A stretch of DNA of 64,000 bases from Cenococcum geophilum (taxonomy: Eukaryota): NCBI GenBank assembly GCA_050273025.1, contig CP158635.1, forward strand, positions 24,490,001 through 24,554,000. The letters are read 5' to 3'. This document shows positions 1 to 11,900 of this stretch, piece by piece (positions within the stretch are counted from its first letter, which is position 1; each line of letters begins with the position of its first letter). The notes below the pieces were generated by a model, which ran no database searches, had not been told where the DNA came from, and saw only the letters and a program-made list of their open reading frames with translations. A program made the position numbers and the translations under genes.

Positions 1-962
1 CTAAGAAGAAATAGGGCGACAAATAGGACGGCCTATACCCCGTACTCGTAGTATACTAAGGGGTAGTTATAGTAGACCTTCTAGACTATATCTAAGTAAA
101 TAAATCCTTTTATATATCTAAGGTCCGCCTCTAAGCTATTAAAGAGATCCCTAGCTAAGCAAATATTAATACCGCAAAGCGCCGTAATATATAAGGACGA
201 GTGGTAGAGAGAGATAATAACGGCAATATAAAAGATAAATAGGAGTTTAAGAAAATCCTTAATATACATAACGAAGACCCCTAGGGCCTAACTTATAAGA
301 TTAAATGGAAATATTATAAGGATACAACCTAGCAGCTAGAGGAAGACCTAAAGGGTTACGAATAAGCTGTATAGCGCTTCTATAAGCAACACCCTAAGAA
401 GCTAAGACCCCTAGACTAGGTATAAGATAAGGAAAAGTTATGCCGAAGTCGCGGCCGACCACTATATTAAAATTTATAGTGGTTAAGATGTTATAGAACT
501 TCAACCGGCGGTTAAAGTTATTTAATTAGCTAAATTCTTGCTAAGAAACGCCACACGGATCGATTTAGGTGGTAGTGTAGAGTTCTACCAACCTTACTCA
601 CTAAACTAACTAATTAGGATTTTCTATGCCCGGTATAGAAAATCGCCATTAGCTTGGTTAAGGGTAGTAAGCGGAACTAATATCTTTACGGTAAAAAATA
701 GGCAACCCCGTATACTGCCTATTTTTAAGTTATCTATTTAGTTTAGGGACCAAACTATCTAGGAGAGAGAAGTACTGTTACGGTACTGACCTAACGCATA
801 CTGTTTTATACTGTCTTGTACTATTTCCTACTATTAGCTAGCCTACCACTAGCGACTTAGCGGCCGGCCCTACTATTTATATATAATACCCCCTTTCTAC
901 CTTCTTCCCCTCTTTATACTATAACGTAGGTATTTAGTCTACTTCATTACAGCACTATAACA
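1..962 (+). mobile_element. 3' end of a Ty3/Gypsy chromovirus (integrase tail, chromodomain, 3' UTR, PPT, 3' LTR 776-962), inserted in the next Gypsy
   Basis: De-RIPed frame about 235-425 reads EWEFEKILDVH..LTYEIKWKHYEDTTWQPEEDLKGC..VQRFHKQHPEKPGPP (chromodomain). Purine tract aggagagaga at 761-770. LTR tgttacgg...cactataaca. Confidence 0.8.
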
Positions 963-1984
963 GAGATACTATAAGTATAGCAAAAATCTATAGTTACTAG
1001 AAAGTAAAAAGCTATTAGAATATACAGTATAGGACTATAAAATAGAGTTAAAACTAGGAATAAGTTTAAGGTTTTTTCTAACCTATAAGCTTACCGAGGA
1101 AAAAGGTAGAGTATTAAAAGAGTTTATCTAGGAAAATCTACAAAAGGGATATATTAGACCATTGTAGTTATTAGCGGGTTATCTAGTACTATTTATATTA
1201 AAGAAGAATGGTAAACTAAGGCTGTATATTAACTATAAATAGTTAAACAGTATCACTAGAAAGAATAGGTATCCTTTACCCTTAATTAGCAAAATCTAAG
1301 ACAGGATAGGCAACGTATAAATCTTTACAAAGATAGATCTAAGATAGGCGTACTATTAGATTAGGATTAAGGAAGGCAACGAATAAAAGGCAGCCTTTAG
1401 GTTAAAGAAAGGACTATATAAACTATTAGTTATACAATTCGGGCTTATAAATGTACTAGTAACGTTCTAGAAGCATATTAACAATATATTAAAAGAATAC
1501 TTAGATGAATTTATTATAGTATACCTTAACAATATTATTATCTACTTAATAAGTAAGGAAGAATATAGAGAACACGTTAAATAGGTTTTAAAGAGACTAC
1601 AGGAAGAATAGATGCTAGTAGTAATTAAGAAATGCGAGTTCTTTATTAGGAAGACCAATTTTGTTAAATTTATTATTAAACTAGGCTAACTTAGTATAGA
1701 TCTAAGGAAGATTAAGGCTATAGTGAATTTGTAAAAACTAGAGAACATTACGTAGCTAAGATTATTTTTAGGGTTTTGCAATTACTATAGAAGGTTTATA
1801 GCGTAATAGTTAAAGGATATTAAACTATTTACGCGATTAATAAAGAAAGAAGAACTATAGGCATGGGGAGAGGAATAGAAAGGACTCTTTAAAAAAGTTA
1901 AAGAGTTATTTACCTAGGAGCTAGTTCTTAAGATCTATTAACTAAAACTAGAGACGGTTATAGAAACAAATATATTAGACTATG

Positions 1985-4091
1985 TTTTTTTATTTTTTAT
2001 TTTTATATCCATTGTATTATACTACGTATAATACTACGCATGCAGCCTTGGGCTATGGCGCTATAGTTCTATATATATAAATCCTTTCTAGGCAGCTTAA
2101 TATATACTAGTAGCTATATTCTAGTAGTTTATAGTTTCCTAGTAAAGCACTAAGATACTACAACTACTAGGGAATGAGAAAATGGTAAGAAAACTATAAG
2201 AAATCCTAACCCCTGTCCCTATCCTTTTGCAATTTATTTCTGTTCTTTTACTCTCTAATATCTTTTTAAGAGTCTAGTAGGAGTTGCCTCCTTCTAGAAT
2301 CCTATCTGTTTTATTCTTCCATAGAATCTCCTTTACGTACTAGTTTAGCAGCTTTAAGAGTCTTATAGTCTTTACTATTAGTAAAGTGTTTTTCTTTACA
2401 ATTAATGCAAAGAGGGGTAGTATGCTGGCAAGGCTTGCCTATTATTATACAGGTAGAACAGGAATAGTCTTTAGATAAATATGCAGCCGCATAGTATCTG
2501 CAGGCCCTAGTAGAGCACCTATCTCCTATATGGCCAAATTTTTGGCAGCTCGTGCACTGCGTAGTAGGAGAGATTTCGAGGTATTTTACTACCTTAGTAG
2601 CTATACCTGCAATTGATATCTCTTTTTACTTAAGGATTTCTTGTCTTTTTTCTTCGTTCTCTATAGTAAAAACTATAGAGCCAAATCTAGTCTATAGATT
2701 GTGTCTTTTTTCACTAGATAAGATCCATTTAAGTAGTCCTTATATCTTTATAGGATTAAAGGTCTCAATTTCTTCTTTTAGAAGCTTAGAGCCTCCTTCT
2801 CCTAGGAAAGGTAGGGTAGGAACCCCATAGGCTATAACTTAAACCCATGGTTCTAGTTTTTGTTCTCTTTAGAAGGTAAAGCAGTTATACCAGATCTCCT
2901 TATATTTAACTAGGAAATCTGCATTATACTCCTCTATAGTAGTAAGGAGAATATTTTGTTTTCCTCTAGTTCTAGCTATAGACGCTAGTACTGGTTTTTC
3001 TACTTGCAGTTTTAATGCAAATAGTTAATTGACTTTGTTTCGTATAGAGAAGATATCTAAAGGTTGGTCCTTTTCGTCTATAATTAGAACTAGCTTCCTT
3101 TTTTATAACTGCTTTTTCTTACTTCTAGTAGAAGTAGGAGGACTCCTACTAGAAGGAGGTGGTAGTAAGGAGGGTAGAGAGGACGAGGAAGGGAGGTTCT
3201 TCCTTAGTCTTTCTGCGTAAGTTTCCTTAGTAGGGGCTACCTCCTTACGGAGAGCCCTTACTTCTTCTACTAGCCCTTTTAGGACATATTTTTCCTTTTC
3301 TTTTCCTTTTATAAAGGGATTTTCTCCTGCTAAGATACTCCTTGTATAGTCCTCTAGCTATTTAACTTATTCTTTTTTTTCTTCTTCTTCTAGCCCTCTA
3401 TATGCCTGGGTTAGGCTTTCTAGAGCTTTTTGTGGGTATTGTTCTGGAGAAAGGGGAGGAAAAGGTATAGGTGTACTAGGTGTGCCATCCGTAGTAGTTA
3501 TTAGTTTCTTTTTTGCAGGTTTTTGGTTTTCTTTTTCGGGAGAAGTTTAAGGATGTTCTCTTTTCTCTCCCTTCTTAGACAAGCTGGGAGGAGAAAGAAA
3601 AGAAGATGAAAATAGAAATCTATTATTATTTCTTTCTATAGGGGTTTCGCCTATAGACTCGTTGCCGTCACTTGTCTCTATAGGAGGTTTCTTTTTAGGC
3701 CTGGTAGGCCTTGGCATCTTATAAGGGGAGTTTTCTAGTTTTTACTATCCTTATACCCTTTTTCCTTACTAATCCTACTAGAGGATTTCTGGGGAGATTA
3801 GGTTTAAAGGTAGTAGTAATACTAGACCCCTGGTATTGGTGGTGGTGGTAGTAGTAGTAGTTTTAGTGTTCCTGTCCGTGCCTCGCTTACAAGCTAGGAC
3901 TACCCCTAAGAATAATTTTCTGTTAGGGGAAAGGGGGTAAAACGACAAATAAATCCACCTCTAGCTCGCTAGGCAGTAGGAATTAGGTCTTGAAAGTTAG
4001 AAAATCGATTGTTTTTGATGGTAAGATGGGTATGCGTAAGTTTTGGAGTGTGGCGCTACCTTTTAGTAAGGTTGCATGTGTGGTAAAGGTT
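1985..4091 (-). mobile_element. Non-autonomous, ORF1-only non-LTR retrotransposon (Tad1-like)
   Basis: A-rich tail (tttttttattttttatttttat on + strand at 1985-2006). 12-bp TSD tattagactatg (1973-1984) / tattagactata (4092-4103) inside the host ETDASDYALG codons. One ORF1-like frame and no EN/RT. Confidence 0.85.
2311..3717 (-). pseudogene. LINE ORF1 (gag-like nucleic-acid-binding protein with CCHC knuckles), RIP-disrupted
   Basis: ATG at 3717 (MPRPTRPKKKPP) and TAA at 2311-2313 are in the same phase (469 codons). C-terminus de-RIPed: QCTSCQKFGHIGDRC..ACRYCAAAHLSKDHSCSTC...CINCKEKH..SKDC. Confidence 0.85.
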
Positions 4092-5969
4092 TATTAGACT
4101 ATATACTAGGGGTATACTTTATATAGAAATATTAAGATAGATAGCACCCAGTGGCATACTATAGTCGGAAAATAACACTACTAGAGTTAAACTATAATAT
4201 CTACAATAAGGAGTTGTTAGGTATAGTTATAGCACTAAAAGAATAAAAAGCGTTCTTATAAGGCGTAGAGAAACTATTTATAGTTAAGACGGACTATAAA
4301 AACCTAATAGGATTCCTAATAATAAAGGAACTTAACTAAAGACAGGTTAGATGGGCAGAAATGCTTATAGAATAGTATTTTAAGATTTAGTATACTAAGG
4401 GTACAGATAACACGTAAGCAGATGCTTTAAGTTATAAAGCTGAACTGTAAAATAACAAAAAGCCATTAGGGGCTTTACTACGAAAAGATATAGATAGATT
4501 AATTAGGTATAATTATCTAAAAATCGTAGTAACTTAAGAAGATAACAAACTAGAAAGAGTCTACGAGATACTAGAAAGCTTTTAGGCATAAAGAATCTTT
4601 AAGGTATAACTAGAGGAGCAGTTAGAATATTTAGGAGAAGAAATACTATATAAGCATAGAGAGGTAAAGTATATCCTAAGAAGCATAGCAGAACATTTTA
4701 TAGAAGATTTCTATAAGGGAATGACTTAAGGACATAATAGAGCTAGAGGCTTAGTATTAAGACTCTAAGAGGAGTATATTATTAATGGAATCTAAGGCTT
4801 AGCGCGAAAAGTTATTAAAAAATATCTAGATTGCTAAAGAAATAAACTAATAAGGCATAAGCTATATAGAGGGCTATAACCTATTAAAACACTAGAGAGA
4901 CTATGGGAGGTTATATTATAGGACTTTATTATTAAATTACTAAAATTAAGAGACCCTATTACTGGATAAGACCATAACGCGATCTTAGTAATAGTAGATA
5001 AGCTTATAAAGTAGGGATACTTTATAGCGTGTATAGAAGAAATATTAGCAGAAGATGTCGCTAGAATTTATATTAAAGAAGTATTTATAAGATATAGAGT
5101 ACTAAGTAAGATTATATCGGATAGAGACCTAAGATTTATAGCAGTATTTTAGGAGGTATTCTTAGCGGAATAAGAAGTTAGAGTAGCAACTTTTACCGTA
5201 TATTATCCGCAGATAGACGGTTAAACAGAAAGATTAAACTAGACACTAGAGTAATATCTAAGGCACTATATTAATTACGCATAGAATAATTAGGTATCGC
5301 TATTACTAGTTATATAGTTCGCATATAATATAATACCCTAAGAAGGAATAGGCATATTACTATTTAAGGTAAATTACGAATATAAGCTAAGAATATTGTT
5401 GTTACTATAGCAAGTAAAGAAAACTAGTAGCATAGCTAAAGAAAGAATAAAGACGTTAATAAATCTTTATACAGACCTTATAGAATTAGTAAAAATAGTA
5501 TAAAAAAGAATAAAAAAGTACTATAACGCTAGGAGATCTAAGGGACTAAATCTTAAGGAGGGAGATAAAGTGTGGCTACTATATAAAAATTTTAAAAGTT
5601 AATAACTAAGTAAGAAGTTAGACCATATTAGACTAGAACCTTTTAAAATTAAGTAAAGAATTTTACTAGTTACGTTTAAGTTAAACCTACCAGCTAAAAT
5701 AAAGATCTACCCTATATAGCATATCGCAATGCTAGAACTAGCATATGGGAATATTAAGCCACTGGTTTATAAAGTAGACATATATAAAGGGCAAGAAGAG
5801 AATAAATAGTAAGTTTTAAAAATTATTAGTTATAAGGATATTAACAATAAAATATAGTACGAAGTTAAGTAGATAAGCTACACTAAAACTACCTAGGAGC
5901 TATTAGAGAATTTAAAGAACGCTATAGGAAAGGTATAGGAGTATTAGAAGAAATTAGGTTAGGCAGTAT

Positions 5970-6594
5970 TAATAAAGAAGGATTACTAAAGAACGAGTTA
6001 CCTAAGGGGGACCTAAGAAGAGTAGTTACTAAACTACTCAGATCTATTTCCTTTTTTATTAGAAGAGAATCCGTTCTTTTATTACTAAGTTCCTATAGAC
6101 CCTATTCTATAAGTTTCTACTTCTTAAAATGGACCTTCTTATAAACCTTCTTAAGATAAATTAACTAAGTAGACGCCGCAAGATAAGACTTAAGGGCCCG
6201 TTACTAAGCATTGGCAGCCTCCCGTTTAGCGTCCTAAGAACGGCGCAACTCCGCTAAGGTAATAGATAGTTTATTATCTAGCCGCGTAGTAATAGATTAA
6301 ATATAAGACCCTAAGATAAATTAATTAGGGAACTAGATAACTATTAAAAGTAATAGGTTATATATATTTAGTATTAGAGATAGAGCGAACGTTATAGGAT
6401 AAATAAATATTTACTCTAGTGCACTCTAAATAAGAGGACGGTTATCGCAAAGATGGATTTGCTAACGCAATATAGACTAACCCCTTTTTTAAATAACGAG
6501 AGTACGGAGATAGTATAATCTCACTTAGAGATAATATCGTAGCAATAGTGCGAACACGATAAACGGTTAAGGAAGAAGAAATTGCTTTAGGTAT
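5970..6594 (-). pseudogene. Antisense accessory gene in Gypsy A copy 1: Zn2Cys6-like Cys cluster plus coiled coil, predicted 55-nt intron 6311-6365
   Basis: De-RIPed MPKAISSS..LGEIMPSPCSRCSKKGLVCIALANPSLRQPSSCSECTRANIRSSCDVRSVSDAE/W, then a heptad-rich exon 2. Conserved in copy 2. The 3' end is approximate. Confidence 0.7.
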
Positions 6595-6702
6595 AATAAG
6601 TAACAATATTAACCAAATTAATTAGACGGACATTATACCTCTAGTAAACGACTTAAAGATACTAGAAAATTTTAAGGATAAAGATAAAGAGGAGGGAGAT
6701 GG

Positions 6703-7126
6703 TATTACGGACGCTTTAAGTACTATGTTATAACTACTTAGAGAAGAGTCAGAAGAAGCTAGTTAGTTAATTTAGGCACGGTTTAGGATAGAGCTAATAA
6801 AACTATATAACGAAGAATAGTAACTAAGGTTATATAATATAATCTATATAATCTATACAATCTATATAATCTATAATAGAGTAAATAGAGCACACGTATA
6901 TTATATACAAGAACGATTTTATAGGAGTACGGTTGTGTACTTAAAGGACTATAGTTCCTACTTAGATAGTTCCTTCCTTATAGTAATTCTTAGAATATAA
7001 TTAAAGTTAATCTATTTGGCAACCACTCTACTAGTTATTATTACGTTATTAACTTTAATTTGCATTACCTATACACCTAGCCCAATAACGAGCCCACCGT
7101 AGTACTTGCTATAAGGTTCCGTTACA
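6703..7126 (+). repeat. 3' LTR of Gypsy A copy 1 (424 bp)
   Basis: Follows the PPT. T(g/a)TTACGG...CCGTTACA termini. Partly similar to the LTRs at 8338 and 25633. Confidence 0.88.
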
Positions 7127-7647
7127 AAAACTGCTAAAAACTAGCCCTAGAGCGACCTTATAGCCCTACGCCTCCCAATTATACAAAAATTGAACATCCC
7201 CTTACGTGACTGCGATAGATAGATACTAGCGTTTATATATTACTTGGTAGTATCTACCTTAGTAACGCATAATGCTAAGACCTCCTACAATATTCGCGAA
7301 TATTAAACGTAGTCACTATGTGGCTAATTCGCTTTCCCTACCTACTATCCCTTATACTTAGTATACATTATATATAGATAGCGCTTTAAGGCAATTCTTT
7401 AGCAGGTGCTAGGAACTAGCAAAACCACTAAGATCTAGCCTTAGTGCGACTACTATAGTTAGATAGTCTTGCAGTTATAGGCTTGCGGTTAGGGACATCT
7501 GGCCGCTTTAGGGCAAATCCTTAGAAGATTTAAGTGCTAGGAACTAGCAAAACTGTTAAGAACTAGCCCTAGAGCGACCTTATAGCCCTACGCCTCCCAA
7601 TTATACAAAAATTAAATATCCCCTTACGTGACTGCGATAGATAGATA
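7127..7647. repeat. About 100-bp direct repeat (7127-7225 and 7549-7647) with a partial third copy near 7406-7450
   Basis: ctagccctagagcgaccttatagccctacgcctcccaattatacaaaaatt..ccccttacgtgactgcgatagatagata occurs twice. Confidence 0.85.
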
Positions 7648-7669
7648 GGTAGAGAAAATATAATCTTAC

Positions 7670-7997
7670 CTCTCCTAGAACTCGCCTTTACTCTTCTATG
7701 GTTTCTTAGTATAAGGGGTATAATTTGGTTTTGCTAGCACTTTATCCCTTAATTTAGCAATATCCTTTAGTATCTCTTTGGCTTTAGAATTTAACCATAA
7801 GTCTTTTAAATCTAGTTCGAGATTAGGGTGTTTATTAATATCTAGTTTATTAGGTTCCGTGTTAGGTTCTATATTAGGTTCTATATTAAGGTTTAAGTCT
7901 AAATTTAAGTAGTCTAAATTAAAGTTTAATTCTAAATCTAAGTCTAGGTCTGGGTTTGTATAGGGAAGTAAGCGTAGGTTTTAATTTAATGTAGCAT
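7670..7997 (-). pseudogene. First exon of a RIP-degraded gene resembling the N-terminus of a DUF3435 tyrosine recombinase (Starship captain)
   Basis: De-RIPed acidic tract DPDSDSESDFDSD..EPDTEPDELDIDEHPDLE, then SEAEEILKDIAELRDEVPAKPNHTPHTEKPWKSEGEFWER and a GTAAGA donor at 7669. The ATG at 7997 is one base out of frame. The family call is from recalled motif resemblance only. Confidence 0.5.
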
Positions 7998-8967
7998 TTA
8001 GATAAATAGCGCTAGTAATTAATGCTTTTATTATCCTTTAGATAAGAGCTAATATTTAGGTTGCTATAATACCGCTAGCTTTATATCGCTCTATTAGTCT
8101 AATAGGTAGGCAAGTAAGTAGTATTAAAGGAGATAATGAAATTATAGCAAAAGAGATATAACTAAAGAATATAGATAAGTTGAAGGTTAGCGAAAGGACT
8201 AGAGTAAAGAGTAGGTAAGAAGCCTACTCCTATAAGTAAGCACTAGCCCTTAAATAACTTTATAGGCTATATTATAGTTAGTTTAATATAAGCGCTAATA
8301 AGCATTGCTAAAGGTAGTAGACTGTTTTTAACCCCTCTGTTACGGACCTTATAACGGCAGTAGTGCGACTACTAAGAAGGGATATAAATAGGTTGGTTAA
8401 GATAGTATAGGAGGCGCTAGAACTAATCGAGCTATAGGATAAGGGGTAGCTAAGTTATATAACTAGTTATATTATAAGTTTAGAATGTAGAAACGTAGGA
8501 ATATGGAAACGTAATGTACTAACATACTAATATACTAATATACTAAACCTTTACTATGGGGAGGAGTTATATATTTAAGGATATACGGTCTCTATAGATA
8601 GCTTCTCTTCTTTATAGTAAATTTTAGAATATAATTAGAGTTAATCTGTTAGGTAACTACTCCACTAGTTATATTTATATTATTTAACCATTTTATACCT
8701 ATATACCCGGCCTATTAATAAGTCTACTATAGCATCTCTTACAAGCCTTTGTTATATATTTACTACTAAAATTATAATAAAAAATTTAAACAATATGCCA
8801 CTAAAAGCACTAGCTATAATGCTATTAACGGCAGCAACTATATCTAGATTAGGTAACAACACTAGTATAATAGATACTAACTCTTAGCCAGTTACTGTTA
8901 GACAGCTATAAGATATAGTTAATTAATTAATAGATAACAATAGGATACTTAAAGAAAGGATTAATAG

Positions 8968-11900
8968 TGTCGGGAATGAGGCAATTTGCTGTCACGTACG
9001 GCAAACTGCCGTCACGTGATGGCAAGTTGCCATTATGTGTTGCCGCGGCACTAGCGTGGCGAGGAGCTTTAGGCTCCTCGCCCTTCCTCATTCTAATCAA
9101 AAAGCTTTATTAACCAACATTACTGTAACCCTACTTGAGTAGTTGTTATTGGTAAGTTACCCTATATAACCAACACTGATTAGTGGTTAAATATATAGTT
9201 AACTATAGAGCAGCTAGGTTTTTGAATAGAAGAGATAGTCTCGTATAGGGGTGCTATATACGCTTATATGGAATGGATCCCAGCGATACCGTGCTACCTT
9301 AGACTTGCGGAAAACTAGTAATAAAAGTGTTACTGAGTACTAGGAGATACTAAGTTGCGTCTATTATGTAGAACAACCGCGTTTATAAAGATTTGGTTAA
9401 GTACTTTAGGTTAGAAGTGTTACTAAACCTAAGGTCCTAAGTTAACGTCTAAAACGCGTTAAATAATATCTTAAATTGCCTACCTCTTGACAGTAAACCT
9501 ACGAGATCCTATAAAACTAAAAATCCTACCTACCTTTAACGTACGACACCCTATTAATTCTACACCTACTATAGCGTTAACCTACCCAAAGAAGTATAAG
9601 GAAGATATTAACCTAAAGATATAGAATAAAGCTATAATTAATTTTGCAAACGCTAATAAATAAGACTTAAATAGATTTTTATTACACCGTATGGCATATT
9701 ATAAGGATAGTAAATATAATAATACCGCGCTATGGGAATGTATAAAGGAGGACTTTATTAAATAGATAAAGGAAATATAGGCCCCCGTAAATAAGGATAT
9801 CGTATAAAACTTCTATAACTTCCTTTAGAAGAATAAAGTATTTATCCCTAAGGACGGGGGTACTATTAGAGATAATATTTAGGAGTAGGTTCTTAACGTA
9901 AAAAAAGAGCATAAATGGACTATATAAGAGATTAAGCACTAACTACGTACTATAAGGAAGCTTAACTTATAATAGAATCCAAGTAATATACTATAAGAGA
10001 CGCGTTCTAATTCTATTGCTCTAGGTACAAGTTCTTCCGTTCTGTATCTATTGCCTTTACCTCTATCTTTAGTTCCCTAGAATCCACTAATTTAACCTAC
10101 AACTTTAATTACTGCCTTTTAATACGAGCAAGTATAAGATCCCCTTGCTTCGCGATCTACTAACCTTTAAACTTTACCAACCAGACCTACGTCCCCACTA
10201 TAGCCTATAATGCAACTTCTACCTCCTCCATCTTAATCTTAAATTAGAGGCAGTTTAAAATTGCTTATAGAGCTTGCGAAGCTCTATTTAGATTAAGAGA
10301 AGAAGTTTAGCAGGGAATTATATGATATTCTTAATTCGAAACTATATATCTTCTATAACTGTTACTAAAAGGTAGGAATAGAGTCTAATTAATACTATAA
10401 CGCCTATTCCGTTATGCTTAAGGGCCAAGCTAGTACCTTCTATTATAATCGTTTAGTAGGAAAAGAATATAATTTTAACCATATAATATATAAGTTAAAA
10501 TGCCACTTTAAAATAGAAGAGAATAAGTAGCAGTATATATTAAAATAAAGAGAGACTACCTTTTTAAGGATTATTACTACAAACCTAGGTATTCCTCGGC
10601 TTAATTATCTTTAAAAGCTCTTTAATTAACTTTAGATAATTTAGCGTGATTTATCTAAATTATATTAAAAGGACTTCAGCCTATATAATTAAGTCATTAG
10701 CGTATATTAAGGTGTTAAAGAATATAACCTTACTCTCTTTAATCCTGTAAATACTTATAAAGGAATATATGCTTAATTAAGATCTTCTATTAGCACTGCT
10801 CTACGCTTTTAAAAAGTATAGCAATTTAATACTTAACTCTAACCTACTTTAATTAACCCGCCTAACTAATATAATTATAACTAGATTAATTAAACATATA
10901 GTGGCCGGGGTAGGTAATACGGCAGAGGGTATAATTAACGACTATAAGGTAAAGGTGGAGGTCCTTATGGAGGTTTATTTTAAAGTAATTACTAGAAGAA
11001 GTACTACGTTTATAAGAAACCGAATTGCTAGTTAACTAGGCATTCTCTTAATAAATAAAAGAAGGCATATAATAAGTTTCGCTAAAGTATAAGAAATGTT
11101 AAAAATTATAAGGTTATTACGGCCTACTTTTAAAGCTTTCTAGTTTAATATAAAGGCGTAGAAGATCTTAAGGGTGAGGTTAATAAGGCCAAATAGCTCC
11201 TTATAGATATAGAAATTGAGGAGTACTTACCTAACTAATACTTTACTAAGTATGGTAAGGTAGATAGTATACAAACCGTCACTATTCTTAATAACTAATC
11301 TACGCTCCATTTTACTATAAAGTTAGATATCTTTAACAAGCTAAGGAAGAGTTTTACGTTCTCCTTTAATAACAAATACTCGGCGAACGTCTTCTATAGT
11401 ATTATGCCAGATACTGGAGCCGCAGGAGTATCTATAGTAGGAGAACCTCAAGTTCAAGCCCTTTAGCAGCTTAATAGCTCTGTTTAGATTAACTATTTAA
11501 CGGCAGGCTAACACACGATTTGTTTTAGTAAGGGTACTACAATCTCTATTAGCACAATTAGGGTCTAAACCCCCTTAGGGTACATCACCTTTTATATTGT
11601 TCCTATAAACACCCCGTTTCTATTTTATATTAGAAATATAGACAAATTAGGCGTTAAGCTTAATAACCTTAAGAATATACTCATTTAGGGAGATAATTAG
11701 GTGCCTATTATACGCAAGTAGGGTCACCCCTAGTTACTCCTTTATTAACTAGAAAAGAATATTGCTTAGAGCCATTTAACTAAGTTAGAGTTACGTTAAC
11801 TATACCGTCGTTTTAGCCACCTATCTATTTACTAATTACTTAGGGTTCTTTAGCGGGCAGGCTATAAAGTTAAGGTTAAGGCAATTAAGTATCTTATAAA

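Larger units (their letters stand above)
963..5990 (+). pseudogene. pol: Gypsy pol pseudogene, split by the LINE-like insertion at 1985-4091
   Basis: RT, RNase H, integrase and chromodomain motifs in Gypsy order with many RIP stops. The end coordinate is approximate. Confidence 0.9.
963..7126 (+). mobile_element. Gypsy chromovirus family A, copy 1 (3' part: RT-RNaseH-IN-chromodomain, antisense gene, 3' LTR 6703-7126)
   Basis: De-RIPed motifs PVLFVPKKNGKLRLCIDY, YPLPLI, YLDDIIIY, ETDASDYALG, NYDIYDKELL, YHPQTDGQTERLNQ and a chromodomain near 5800-5940. PPT gaggagggagatgg precedes LTR tattacgg...ccgttaca. Confidence 0.92.
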
